Below are positions 37,347 to 47,970 of a stretch of DNA of 64,000 bases, in pieces. This stretch comes from Clostridiales bacterium (GTDB taxonomy: Bacteria > Bacillota > Clostridia > Christensenellales > Aristaeellaceae). Where the stretch lies: NCBI GenBank assembly GCA_024683475.1, contig JAIKYG010000003.1:10447-74446 (forward strand), given 5' to 3'. The notes under the pieces were generated by a model. It did not search any database. It was not told the DNA's origin and worked only from the letters and a program-made list of their open reading frames with translations. Both the position numbers and the translations under genes were made by a program. The first letter of the stretch is position 1. Each line of letters opens with the position of its first letter.

Positions 37347-38174
37347 TCAAGCTTGACGGTATTCTTCGCCGACTACCACTTCGCATGACCCGGTCAGCCT
37401 GTCCGTGCCTCTGAGAGTCAAAAGCGCAGATACGTTTTCGCAGAGCTTTTCGCGGGGTTCAAGCGTTTTGATCATCACTTCCACGCCAATGACTTCTATC
37501 TGGCATTCGGTCATCATTTCCCGCATGCCCTTGAGGGTCCCGCCGCCCTTGGCAAAGTCATCCGCGATAAGAGCGCGCTGACCGGCTTTGACCGCGCGCC
37601 TGGAGATCGCCATTGTGTCGAGCTTTTCGTTCTTGGAACCGGACAGGTAATTGATCTTGACTGCGCTGCCCTCGTAAGCTCTTGAATCTCTTCTCGCAAT
37701 AACCAAAGGCACGTTAAGCGCCTGGGCGATCATAAGGGCAAAAGGAATACCCTTTGTTTCCATGGTAAGCACAAAATCCGGCAGGTTATCGAAGTATTTC
37801 TGCGCGACGATCTCGCCCATCTGTCTTGTAAGAGCTGGGTCGCTTGCTACGTCCGACGTATACAGAAATCCTCCGGGCAGCAGCCTTCCGGGCATGGAAA
37901 GGATCTCGGCTATGCCGGAAAGCACACGCGCTGCTTCGCTTTTCGAATAATAGCTTCTGTACATAACGCCGCCCGCAGCGCCGCTGATGGTTTCCACGCG
38001 CCCTCTGCCCGATGTTTCGACAGCGCCGGTTATAAGATCAACGTCTTCGCTCACCGTGGATTTGGCTACGTCGAACATATCGCAGAATTCGGAAAAATTG
38101 TGCACGATGTTAGGCGTATTTGTCAGTATCCGGGTCATCAGGACCAGCCGTTCGCTTCGTTTTAAGTGCTCCAT
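37347..38174 (-). CDS. purR: pur operon repressor (Bacillus-type PurR)
   Basis: N-terminal PurR DNA-binding domain (KRSERLVLMTRILTNTPN...) plus a PRT-fold with LIADDFAKGGGT. Confidence 0.88.
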   Translation of the reverse strand: MEHLKRSERLVLMTRILTNTPNIVHNFSEFCDMFDVAKSTVSEDVDLITGAVETSGRGRVETISGAAGGVMYRSYYSKSEAARVLSGIAEILSMPGRLLPGGFLYTSDVASDPALTRQMGEIVAQKYFDNLPDFVLTMETKGIPFALMIAQALNVPLVIARRDSRAYEGSAVKINYLSGSKNEKLDTMAISRRAVKAGQRALIADDFAKGGGTLKGMREMMTECQIEVIGVEVMIKTLEPREKLCENVSALLTLRGTDRLTGSCEVVVGEEYRQA

Positions 38175-38338
38175 GATCGCTCCAATACGAACATTATTTT
38201 GGTAATTTGAATTATAATACGGATTTTGTTATTTTTTACACCTTAATTTGATTATTTTTCAAAATACCAATACAGTTTTAACCATTTTGCTTGCTATAAA
38301 ACTGCCTTACGAATATAATTATAGTAGTGAGGTGTATT

Positions 38339-39718
38339 ATGCAGAAAGCAACGAAAGTTTTCTTTATTGGCATCGGCGGCTCGTCGATGAGCGGGCTTGC
38401 CAGATATATGAAATGGAAAGGCTGCGAGGTATGCGGATCGGATAAATTCGCCAGCCATAAAACAGACGCGCTTGAAAGTGAAGGCTTCATAATCTTTATC
38501 GGTCACAAGGCTGAAAACGTGCGCGGCTGCGACTTGGTCGTATACTCTGCCGCCATCCCCGAAGACAATCCCGAACGCAGGTTCGCTTCCGAAAACGGCA
38601 TACCTCAGATCGAGCGCTGCGTTCTGCTTGGCGAAATAATGGAACGCTATCCCGCTTCCATTTGCGTCAGCGGTACTCACGGCAAGACCACCACGACCGC
38701 CATGCTTTCCTGGGTATTCCTGAAGTGCGGCGAAGACCCGTCCATACACATTGGCGGTGAACTGGAAATGATCGGTGGATCGACCCGTTTGGGGAACGGC
38801 AGCGCGTTTATCTGCGAAGCGTGCGAATATCATTCCAGTTTCCTGTCTTTCAAGCCCACCCAGGCTGTCATAATGAATATCGACGAAGACCATCTGGACT
38901 ACTATAAGGACATAAACGACATAGAGAACGCGTTCGAAAAGTTCGCAAGACTCGTACCCAAAGACGGCCGCGTGTTCGGAAACGGAGACGATAAAAGGGT
39001 CTACGCTCTGCTTGAGAGGCTTAACGTCAAGACTGTGAGCTTCGGCCTGGAGCCGCAAAACGTCATCAGAGCCGAAAACATCTACTATGACGAAAACGAC
39101 TGCCCTACTTTCACTGTCACCTATTTCGGACATCCGCTGTGCGAGGTCAGCCTCAAGGTTCCCGGTGAGCACAACCTGAAAGACGCGCTTGCTTGTGTCG
39201 CCGTGGCAAACGAAAACCAGCTTCCCATGAGCATGGTCAGCCAAGCGCTTAGTGAGTTTTCCGGCGTTCACAGGCGCTACGAGCTCACAAGCATTACGGA
39301 CGGCGTTCGTGTCTACACAGACTACGGTCATAACCCGACGGAGACCGAGACCGTGCTGAAAGTCGCGCGCGCCCAGACCTCCGGACGCGTATTTGCCGTA
39401 CTGCAGCCCCACACCTACAGCCGTACGAAGACGCTGTTTGACGGCTTCCTTAAGTGCTTTAACGACGCGGATCAGGTGCTTGTGCTTGACATAGACGGAG
39501 CCAGGGAAAAAGATCCCGGCGACATAAACAGCAAAATGCTCGTCGACGCCATGGTCGGCGCGGGTCTAGACGCCTATTACACTCCCGGATTCGACGATGC
39601 CGAAGCTTATCTAAGAAACAACTGGAAGGCGGACGATTCCGCAGTCACTCTGGGCTGCGGCAACGTTTATCTGCTCAACGAACAGATCGCCGCTCACGGA
39701 GACACAGCTAAGAGGTGA
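38339..39718 (+). CDS. murC: UDP-N-acetylmuramate--L-alanine ligase
   Basis: FIGIGGSSMSGLA and VSGTHGKTTTTAM motifs are present. ATG 38339 lies behind GTGAGGTG. Confidence 0.93.
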   Translation: MQKATKVFFIGIGGSSMSGLARYMKWKGCEVCGSDKFASHKTDALESEGFIIFIGHKAENVRGCDLVVYSAAIPEDNPERRFASENGIPQIERCVLLGEIMERYPASICVSGTHGKTTTTAMLSWVFLKCGEDPSIHIGGELEMIGGSTRLGNGSAFICEACEYHSSFLSFKPTQAVIMNIDEDHLDYYKDINDIENAFEKFARLVPKDGRVFGNGDDKRVYALLERLNVKTVSFGLEPQNVIRAENIYYDENDCPTFTVTYFGHPLCEVSLKVPGEHNLKDALACVAVANENQLPMSMVSQALSEFSGVHRRYELTSITDGVRVYTDYGHNPTETETVLKVARAQTSGRVFAVLQPHTYSRTKTLFDGFLKCFNDADQVLVLDIDGAREKDPGDINSKMLVDAMVGAGLDAYYTPGFDDAEAYLRNNWKADDSAVTLGCGNVYLLNEQIAAHGDTAKR

Positions 39719-39722
39719 TCAT

Positions 39723-40355
39723 ATGAAAAAAGTTCTCGTAATAACCATTTTGCTTGCGTTGCTGCTGCCTCAGGGCTTAGCTGCCACAAAAAAAGACGCT
39801 ACGCCTACGCCTTCTCCTTCGCCGACACCGTATTATCTGCCCACGCAGGCTCCGACACCGACTCCGATACCGATCATACCCTCGAATCAGTACGTTCTAC
39901 AGTGGAAAAACGATGCTCAGCGCGGCATGAACTATATGGTGCCCACCCACTGGGAGAACACTTCCACCGGAGAAAGGTACCGCGTGTACACGGAGCCGAC
40001 CGAAGACGGCGTCAGCGGTTTCAGGGCGGCGTTCGTCAACAAGAAACGCTCCCCCACCCCCGATGCCTCAAAAATGAAAGCCGAGCTTCGCAATCTCATG
40101 AAAGAAATGGAGAAGGTCTACGCGGACTTTGCGTGGAACGGTGAGATCTCCAGAGAATACTCCCTCGTGAAATTCAAGGGTTACTCCGGCTTTTATACCT
40201 ACACCGACGATAACGGAGAGCCCATGCGCGGTTTCGCCATAATCGCGACATACGACAGGCGCATATACTGCGTAAACATATCGGGACCGCTTTCACGCTT
40301 CGACGATATGAAAGGCATAATACTGAAAATAGTCGAGTCGGTAACAAGAGCATAA
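39723..40355 (+). CDS. secreted hypothetical protein with Pro/Thr-rich linker
   Basis: It has a signal peptide (VLVITILLALLLPQGLAA), then the linker TPTPSPSPTPYYLPTQAPTPTPIPIIP, then a roughly 150-aa globular part. It starts 4 nt after murC. Confidence 0.6.
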   Translation: MKKVLVITILLALLLPQGLAATKKDATPTPSPSPTPYYLPTQAPTPTPIPIIPSNQYVLQWKNDAQRGMNYMVPTHWENTSTGERYRVYTEPTEDGVSGFRAAFVNKKRSPTPDASKMKAELRNLMKEMEKVYADFAWNGEISREYSLVKFKGYSGFYTYTDDNGEPMRGFAIIATYDRRIYCVNISGPLSRFDDMKGIILKIVESVTRA

Positions 40356-40392
40356 AAAACTCCCCGGGAGATCCCCGGGGAGTCCGCTTTTA
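40355..40392. terminator. bidirectional intrinsic terminator (secreted-protein gene and rnpB)
   Basis: AAAAAA-CTCCCCGGG-agat-CCCCGGGGAG-tccgcTTTT. Confidence 0.75.
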
Positions 40393-40399
40393 TAAGCGT

Positions 40400-40740
40400 A
40401 AAAACGAGCGATGTCTGTAAGCCGAGTTCTGTATTGGACGGTCATCTGTCTGGGCCTGAAGTCGCCAGCAGGCTCTAGCGATATTTGTAAGCGCGGCGGG
40501 CCACCGTATGTCGCTTAACTGATCTTGCACCGGATGGGGTTTACAGAACGGACAAGTTGCCAGGCCGTTGGTGAGCTCTTACCTCGCCTTTCCACCCTTA
40601 CAGCCGTAAGGCTGCGGTATATCTCTGTTGCACTCTCCCTAAAGTCGCCTCCGCCGGTATTTCGCCGGCATCCTGCCCTGTGGTGCTCGGACTTTCCTCA
40701 AACGCTTTCACGTCTGCGACCGTCTGGCATCCTCGTTTTA
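40400..40740 (-). ncRNA. rnpB: RNase P RNA (bacterial)
   Basis: The minus strand carries universal motifs GAGGAAAGUCCGAGC (40685-40699), GUAAGGGUGGAAAGG and ACAGAACUCGGCUUACAG. P1 pairs AAACGAG.GAUG with CAUCGCUCGUUU. The ends are good to about 10 nt. Confidence 0.9.
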
Positions 40741-40748
40741 TACCATGG

Positions 40749-41456
40749 TTATTCCGAAAGGTACAGCAGCCTTCCGCAGTTGTCGCAGGTCACGCCTTCA
40801 CTCGCGCCTTTTATGTCACGCAGCGTGCCTACAGACAGAGTCATGAAGCAGCCGGTGCACTGGTTGTTTTCCAGCCTCGCTATAGGCGGGGTCACATGCT
40901 GCTTTATCTGCTTGTATCTTTCCAGATCAGAGGGATCCAGCTCGCTTGCCAGCTGATCCGCGGCATCCTTAAGCTTCTTCAGCTTCTGCTTGCCCTGCGC
41001 AAACTCCACGTCATATTCTTTCTTCACCCTGTCGTATTCCGCTTTGGTCTTGGCGGCAAGGCGCTTGATCTGATTCTGCGTCTGCTCGGCGTTCTCCGCA
41101 TCCTTCGACAGGCGGACAAGCTCCTTCTGGCACTGATCGAACGTGGCGGAAAGCCTTTCGACCAGCTTGATCTTTTCTTCAAGTTCGCTTTCTTCCAGCT
41201 TGCTTACGTCACCGATCTCCTCGACGGATTGTGCGAACAGCTTGCCGATGCGCTCAGTCTCCTCTTTCTGCACGTCAAGGCGGGTGAGCATTGCGGTTAT
41301 GTCTTCGTCGACTTTCGCAAAGCGCGCCTGCTGCTCCTTCAGGATCTCGGTGTTCTTTTGCAGCAGCCTGCGGTTGGCGGAAGATTTCATCTCGTTTGTA
41401 AATCTGTCCGCTTCCATGTCAGCCTGCATGTAATTCCAAAGTTTCGCAAGGTCCAT
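40749..41456 (-). CDS. coiled-coil protein with C-terminal C4 zinc ribbon (COG1579 family)
   Basis: Long coiled coil, then CTGCFMTLS...VTCDNCGRLLY. I chose the internal ATG 41456 (MDLAKLWNYMQ). Confidence 0.7.
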   Translation of the reverse strand: MDLAKLWNYMQADMEADRFTNEMKSSANRRLLQKNTEILKEQQARFAKVDEDITAMLTRLDVQKEETERIGKLFAQSVEEIGDVSKLEESELEEKIKLVERLSATFDQCQKELVRLSKDAENAEQTQNQIKRLAAKTKAEYDRVKKEYDVEFAQGKQKLKKLKDAADQLASELDPSDLERYKQIKQHVTPPIARLENNQCTGCFMTLSVGTLRDIKGASEGVTCDNCGRLLYLSE

Positions 41457-41524
41457 ATTATAAACTCCCAAAGTATTTTTTAGTATTATGCGCTTAGTTC
41501 GCGTGTATATCAAGCCGCAAAAGG

Positions 41525-42058
41525 TTAAAATTCGAGGGGCACCTTTCCTTTTTGCATGCAGTATTCCCTGGTCAGCCGCTTGCACTCGCCTACTGCGGCG
41601 TTTATGTCTTTTTCGGCCAACTGCCTCACATTCTCGAGCCCGTCGAAGCTTTTACGATTGGGCTCAATAAAGTCCGCAACGAATACTATGGCATCTTCAG
41701 AGCTCATTCCCGACGGACCGAGGGTGTGATTTCTTATCGCGCTCAAGATGCTTTCATCCTTGACACCGTATTTCTCCCGGGCCATGGCGGCGCCGGCTGG
41801 CGCATGCAATAGTTCATTGTTGTCGCTTTCGCCGGGATAGAGCTTTATGCCGTATTTGTCGATGATCTCCAGCATCTGGCTCCTGCCCATATACTTGGCG
41901 CAGTCGTGCAGCGTCGCAGCTATACGGCAAACATCAACGTTGGCCCCGTGCAGCTTTGCAAGCGCGACGGACGTATCTCTTACTCCCAGAGTGTGGATAA
42001 ACCTGTGTTCGGACAGATCTGTCTTAAGCAGGCTTAGCATCTCCTCTTCCGTCAGCAT
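41525..42058 (-). CDS. yqeK: bis(5'-nucleosyl)-tetraphosphatase, HD-domain YqeK family
   Basis: RFIHTLGVRDT...AATLHDCAKY HD motif. It sits in the conserved obg-yhbY-yqeK neighbourhood. Confidence 0.75.
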   Translation of the reverse strand: MLTEEEMLSLLKTDLSEHRFIHTLGVRDTSVALAKLHGANVDVCRIAATLHDCAKYMGRSQMLEIIDKYGIKLYPGESDNNELLHAPAGAAMAREKYGVKDESILSAIRNHTLGPSGMSSEDAIVFVADFIEPNRKSFDGLENVRQLAEKDINAAVGECKRLTREYCMQKGKVPLEF

Positions 42059-42348
42059 AGCTCTTCCAGTTTGATCTTGCTGTCTTTCCTCGCCTGCCTG
42101 TAAATGACGAATCGGCGTCCGATCACCTGCACGGGTTCCGCGTGAGTGCGCTCGCACACTTCTTCGCAGGCTTCGCGCGCCGTGTAGTCCGAATTCTGGT
42201 TGACAGATATCTTTATAAGCTCGTGGGCTTCCAGAGCGTCCCAGATCTGCTTGATGCTGTTTTCGCTGATGCCTTCCTTGCCGATGTTGTGTATAGATTC
42301 CAGCGTTGAGGCCATGCCTCTGAGTATTGCTCTTTGTTTGGTAGTCAT
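42052..42348 (-). CDS. yhbY: ribosome assembly RNA-binding protein YhbY (CRM domain)
   Basis: KQRAILRGMA....IHNIGKEGISENSIKQIWDALEAHELIK. 98 aa. Confidence 0.85.
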   Translation of the reverse strand: MTTKQRAILRGMASTLESIHNIGKEGISENSIKQIWDALEAHELIKISVNQNSDYTAREACEEVCERTHAEPVQVIGRRFVIYRQARKDSKIKLEELC

Positions 42349-42353
42349 ATCAT

Positions 42354-43622
<1,269 letters not shown>

Positions 43623-44264
43623 TTAAGTGTTCCTTTCGTAATCGCACAGCCCGTTTCTCAAGGGACAGTTTGGGCAATCCGGTTTTATGGCCTTGCAGCG
43701 CCGTCTGCCGTGCAGGATCAAAAGATGGTGCATATGCCGCCTCTCGCCTTCGGGAGTGATGCTCTCGAGCTGACGCTGCGTTTCGTCCGGAGTGTTGGCG
43801 TTTTCCACAAGCTCCATCCTGTGAGCCAGGCGGAAAACATGCGTATCCACGGGCAGCACATCCGCGCCGAAAGCCTCCATCATGACCACGCTGGCGGTCT
43901 TGCCGCCTACGCCCGGCAATGCCGTAAGCGCTGCCTTGTCGTTTGGCACCTGCCCGCCGTATTTATCATTCAGTTCCCGGCACGTATCAAGTATATGCCT
44001 GGCTTTGGAGTGGAACAGCCCGCATGTCTTTATTATCTCTTCCAGTTCTTCCTGAGACAGTTTCACCATGCTGGACGGATCAGGCGCTATACCGAACAGC
44101 ACTTTGGTCACTTCGTTAACCCGTTTGTCAGTGCATTGCGCGGAAAGCATTGTCGCGATGAGCGTCTCAAACGGATTCGTGAAGTTAAGCTCCGCCTTTG
44201 CGTCAGGATATTCTTCCGATAAAAGCGGGAGTATCCGGGCTATCTTTTCACGCGGCGTCTTCAT
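43623..44264 (-). CDS. nth: endonuclease III
   Basis: HhH-GPD motif (LPGVGGKTASVV) and C-terminal 4Fe-4S cluster C..(6)C..C..(5)C (CKAIKPDCPNCPLRNGLC). Confidence 0.92.
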   Translation of the reverse strand: MKTPREKIARILPLLSEEYPDAKAELNFTNPFETLIATMLSAQCTDKRVNEVTKVLFGIAPDPSSMVKLSQEELEEIIKTCGLFHSKARHILDTCRELNDKYGGQVPNDKAALTALPGVGGKTASVVMMEAFGADVLPVDTHVFRLAHRMELVENANTPDETQRQLESITPEGERRHMHHLLILHGRRRCKAIKPDCPNCPLRNGLCDYERNT

Positions 44265-45495
44265 ATACGTTTACCTTGGCAGTCAGCAGCTCCCAGGCGG
44301 CTTTGAGCTGCGGATCGTTCTCGAGCGTCGGTCCTTCTAGTAAAGTCTGCTGAGTAGTCTCCGCCGCTTCAACGACTAAGTCGGGAGTTACTCCTGTTTT
44401 GTGTATCGACTTGCCGTTCGGAGTGTAGTATGCGCTGGTGGTCAGCTGCATACCCGCTCCGTCGGAAGGAAACTGGTACTGCGTCTGCACTATGCCTTTG
44501 CCGTATGTAGTGGTCCCGACTATGGAAGCGATGCCGTAATCCTGAAGCGCCGCTGCGAATATTTCGCTGGCGGATGCGGTCTCACCGTTAACTATCACAG
44601 CCACGGGCAGCTCGACTTTGCCGTTCGTGGCTTTATATTCGATTTTATGCTGCTGTCTGTCCAGAGTATATACGATCACGCCTTCATCAAGGAACATGTC
44701 GCATACGTTCACGCAGATGTCCAGCTGCCCGCCGGGATTGCCTCTTAAGTCGACAATCATGCCGCTTAAGTTATTCTCCCGGGCGTATTCTACGGCGCTT
44801 TGCATGCCGGTCACCGCGTCGCCAAAAAAGTCATAAAGCCTGACATAAAGAATGCCGTTATCCAGCGTATGGTATTCGACCCTGTTCGTAACGACGCTTA
44901 AGCGCTGCACGTCCATTTCCAGAGTCTCTTCTCCGCGCGAAATGCCTATATGCACGCTTGTGCCCTGTTCGCCTTTTATGTGGGAGACGGCTTCGGTGAG
45001 CTCTTCGCTCGTCACGGCGCTTAACTGCATGCCGTCGGCGGATGCTATGATATCTCCCCTGAGAATCCCGGCTTCCTGCGCGGGGCTGCCGTCGAACACC
45101 CGGGTGACATATATATTGCCGTCGCCGAATATCCTCACTTCGACTCCGATGCCTACATACAGCCCGACCCGGTCTGCGTTGGTGGCGGCCATCTTTTCAG
45201 GGGTGTAATAGTAAGTGTACGGATCTTCAACCGCGTAAAACATGCCGTCTATCGCGCCTTGTATGAGCTTATCCGAGTCGAGTTCCTCATAGTATTGTTC
45301 CATGAGGATGTTATATACTTCATCAAGCCGCTGATAACGTTCGTCTGCCGTCGTGGGATCATTTCCGGGCAATCCGAGCGCTTTCCTGCCGTCTGCATTA
45401 ACAGCTATCGATATCATTGCGCTCACGCTCGCAACGGCGATAATCGTAATAACGCATATAAAAACGGTTATGGCTTTACGGGAATCCGAATTCAT
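44248..45495 (-). CDS. S41 family C-terminal processing peptidase
   Basis: N-terminal TM, PDZ segment (GSPAQEAGILRGDII), catalytic region LRGNPGG...ASASE and K in YGKGIVQ. Confidence 0.88.
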   Translation of the reverse strand: MNSDSRKAITVFICVITIIAVASVSAMISIAVNADGRKALGLPGNDPTTADERYQRLDEVYNILMEQYYEELDSDKLIQGAIDGMFYAVEDPYTYYYTPEKMAATNADRVGLYVGIGVEVRIFGDGNIYVTRVFDGSPAQEAGILRGDIIASADGMQLSAVTSEELTEAVSHIKGEQGTSVHIGISRGEETLEMDVQRLSVVTNRVEYHTLDNGILYVRLYDFFGDAVTGMQSAVEYARENNLSGMIVDLRGNPGGQLDICVNVCDMFLDEGVIVYTLDRQQHKIEYKATNGKVELPVAVIVNGETASASEIFAAALQDYGIASIVGTTTYGKGIVQTQYQFPSDGAGMQLTTSAYYTPNGKSIHKTGVTPDLVVEAAETTQQTLLEGPTLENDPQLKAAWELLTAKVNVYEDAA

Positions 45496-45499
45496 TATA

Positions 45500-46573
45500 T
45501 CAGTACCTCGGTTTTCTGTCCTTCCTTAGCTTGCCCATCAGCATCAGCAGCTTGAAGGTCATTGCGTCGTCAAACGTGCGCAGGTCAAGCCCCGTTATCT
45601 TCTGTATCTTGTCGAGCCTGTAGACGAGCGTATTTCTGTGGATGTACAGCTTTCTTGCTGTCTCGGAAAGATTCAGGCTGTTGTCAAAAAACGCTTCGAT
45701 GGTGTTGAGCATTTCCTCGGAAAAAAGTTTGGCCGTCTTTTTGTTGAACAGCGTCTGATGGAACTGCGCGGCCGAATCTTCGGGGATATCGCACAGGAAT
45801 CTTTCCAGGACCATGCTGGAATAGTTGAATATCTGACGTTTGGGCTGAAACGGGAGACCGATATTGATGGCTTTCTTAGCCTCCAGCAGGCTTTCGTGCA
45901 GCTGAGCAAGGCTGTGTTTGACGCCTCCGATACCGATCAGCGAGGTCTGCCCCGCTTCAGTGGTCAGCGTTGAGCACAGCGCCATGGCATACTGCTCGAT
46001 CTCACCGGGTTCCAAATCTTCGTTGAATTCCTTGATTATGGCTATAGCATGCTTTCCGACTTCGAAGACATAGTCTCCCTCGTTCTCGCTGAAAGCGTCT
46101 TTCAAAACTCCTATCAGGCTTTCGGCGGGCACCGTGGAAAACTGGGCGTAAAGCACGCATCTGTCGGCTTCCAGCTGCAGCTGCTGTTCGTTGGCTACGA
46201 CGAGTATCTCCGAAGCGTCTATCTCTCCTTCAAGGATCCGCCTCATTGTGGTCTCGCGCCCCGCGTCCTGGCTGAATTCCCTGAGTATCCCGCTTATCAG
46301 TTGAGAACAAACTCTTGCGATCGAGATCACTTCATCCGAACTGCCGGAAAAGCACAGGAACATCGGATCGGCATCCGCGGTCCCGATAAGCGTGAATGCG
46401 CCGTTTACAAACGGTTCATGCGGAGCAGCGAGCAGCTGCTCGGGAAGCAGAAGCTGCTTATGATAATCTTCCGGCAGTATCACCTGTCCGTCATTGTCCA
46501 GCAAAAGCGCGGGCATGGACAGAAGCGAGAATACCGAAGAGATCTTTGTCAAAATATGCTGGTTTAAATACAT
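45500..46573 (-). CDS. PucR/CdaR family transcriptional regulator
   Basis: C-terminal HTH ETARKLYIHRNTLVYRLDKIQKITGLDLR. ATG 46573 lies behind GGAGG. Confidence 0.8.
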   Translation of the reverse strand: MYLNQHILTKISSVFSLLSMPALLLDNDGQVILPEDYHKQLLLPEQLLAAPHEPFVNGAFTLIGTADADPMFLCFSGSSDEVISIARVCSQLISGILREFSQDAGRETTMRRILEGEIDASEILVVANEQQLQLEADRCVLYAQFSTVPAESLIGVLKDAFSENEGDYVFEVGKHAIAIIKEFNEDLEPGEIEQYAMALCSTLTTEAGQTSLIGIGGVKHSLAQLHESLLEAKKAINIGLPFQPKRQIFNYSSMVLERFLCDIPEDSAAQFHQTLFNKKTAKLFSEEMLNTIEAFFDNSLNLSETARKLYIHRNTLVYRLDKIQKITGLDLRTFDDAMTFKLLMLMGKLRKDRKPRY

Positions 46574-46629
46574 ACGCGCCTCCATCTTCGGAGCAATACT
46601 ATATCAAAAGACATTATAACCGCCGACGG

Positions 46630-46672
46630 CCTTTCTTGCAAGCAATAAGGCACGTCGGCGGCGGAATTTAAC
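46630..46672 (-). terminator. probable terminator after the ABC ATPase gene
   Basis: Long imperfect hairpin CCGCCGACG..GCCTT...AAGGC..CGTCGGCGG. The T-tract is weak. Confidence 0.45.
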
Positions 46673-46695
46673 CGAAAATATTAACTATTTGCGAT

Positions 46696-47817
46696 TTAGC
46701 GGTTGAGCAGGGTGGTCTCGGAATCCTTGTCGAAGAAGTGGAGACGGCTGGTGTCAAAGGCGACGGTGATGTCGTCATTGGTGCGGCTGGTGCTCCTGGG
46801 ATCGACGCGGGCGATAATGTTGCCTTCCTTGCCGGAGGTGGACAGGTAGAGGTAGGTCTCGGAGCCCATCAGCTCGGTTACTTCCACGTGTACCTTAACG
46901 GTGGCGTCGGCGAACATCTCGCAGGATTCCTTGCTGTCGGAAATGTTCTCGGGACGGATGCCCATGATGACTTCCTTGCCGATGCACTCGTCGGACAGCA
47001 GCTTCTGGAGCTTCTCCTCGGGAACCTTGATCTTGTTGTCGCCGAACACCGCGTACACCGCGCTGCCCTGCTTCTCAAGAGTCACGTTGAAGAAGTTCAT
47101 CTGGGGAGATCCGATGAATCCGGCCACGAACAGGTTGGCGGGATAATCGTACAGGTTCTGGGGAGAATCGCACTGCTGGATGAAGCCGTCCCTCATGACC
47201 ACGATGCGGGAGCCCATCGTCATGGCCTCGGTCTGGTCGTGGGTAACGTAGATGAAGGTGGTCTGCAGCTTCTGATGCAGCTTGGTGATCTCGGTTCTCA
47301 TCTGAACACGCAGTTTGGCGTCCAGGTTGGACAGAGGTTCGTCCATCAGGAAGACCTTGGGTTCACGAACGATTGCGCGGCCCAGAGCAACACGCTGTCT
47401 CTGACCACCGGACAGAGCCTTGGGCTTTCTGTTGAGCAGGTGCTCGATGTCCAGGATACGGGCGGCTTCCTTAACGCGGCGGTCGATCTCAGCCTTGGGG
47501 GTCTTGCGCAGCTTAAGGCCGAAAGCCATGTTGTCGTACACGGTCATGTGGGGATACAGAGCGTAGTTCTGGAAAACCATGGCGATGTCTCTGTCTTTGG
47601 GAGCTACATCGTTGACCAGTTTTTCGCCGATGTAGAGCTCGCCGTCGGAAATCTCCTCAAGGCCGGCGACCATGCGCAGGGTGGTGGATTTACCGCAGCC
47701 GGAAGGACCGACCAAAACGATGAATTCCTTATCCTCAATGTCGAGGCAGAAATCGCTTACAGCGGTAACGCCGCCAGCATAGACCTTGTAAATGTGTTTG
47801 AGACTTACGCTTGCCAT
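46696..47817 (-). CDS. sugar ABC transporter ATP-binding protein (MsmK/MalK/UgpC type), orphan
   Basis: Walker [10 protein letters not shown], signature [14 protein letters not shown] and a C-terminal MalK-like regulatory/TOBE region. ATG 47817 ([13 protein letters not shown]). No permease or SBP gene is adjacent. Confidence 0.9.
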   Translation of the reverse strand: MASVSLKHIYKVYAGGVTAVSDFCLDIEDKEFIVLVGPSGCGKSTTLRMVAGLEEISDGELYIGEKLVNDVAPKDRDIAMVFQNYALYPHMTVYDNMAFGLKLRKTPKAEIDRRVKEAARILDIEHLLNRKPKALSGGQRQRVALGRAIVREPKVFLMDEPLSNLDAKLRVQMRTEITKLHQKLQTTFIYVTHDQTEAMTMGSRIVVMRDGFIQQCDSPQNLYDYPANLFVAGFIGSPQMNFFNVTLEKQGSAVYAVFGDNKIKVPEEKLQKLLSDECIGKEVIMGIRPENISDSKESCEMFADATVKVHVEVTELMGSETYLYLSTSGKEGNIIARVDPRSTSRTNDDITVAFDTSRLHFFDKDSETTLLNR

Positions 47818-47894
47818 AGATTGACCTCCTACTTTAAATACGGCAGTTATCCTGCCAACTGGGGACATTATAGCATCAAAATGTGCAAAATGCT

Positions 47895-47936
47895 ATCGTT
47901 AAAATTAACAAATAACGATAGCATTTTTTGAACCGA
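47895..47936 (-). terminator. terminator after araD
   Basis: 13-bp inverted repeat ATGCTATCGTTA...TAACGATAGCAT flanked by A/T runs. Confidence 0.6.
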
Positions 47937-47970
47937 AACGCAGACCGACTATTGCTGGAGGCAGGAATCC

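Noticed and set aside
38294-39412. 372-aa minus-strand ORF
   Set aside because: It is antisense to murC, which has the GIGGSSMSG and GTHGKTTT motifs. It shows no motifs or RBS.
39780-39870. Pro/Thr/Ser-rich low-complexity DNA as a repeat element
   Set aside because: It encodes the linker of a secreted protein (TPTPSPSPTPYYLPTQAPTPTPIP). It is not a nucleotide-level tandem repeat.
40525-41483. Plus-strand ORFs of 143 aa and 267 aa
   Set aside because: They overlap the RNase P RNA and run antisense to the COG1579 gene. The RNA motifs explain the region.
46738-47931. 397-aa plus-strand ORF
   Set aside because: It is antisense to the GC3-rich ABC ATPase gene. The open frame is a by-product of strong codon bias.
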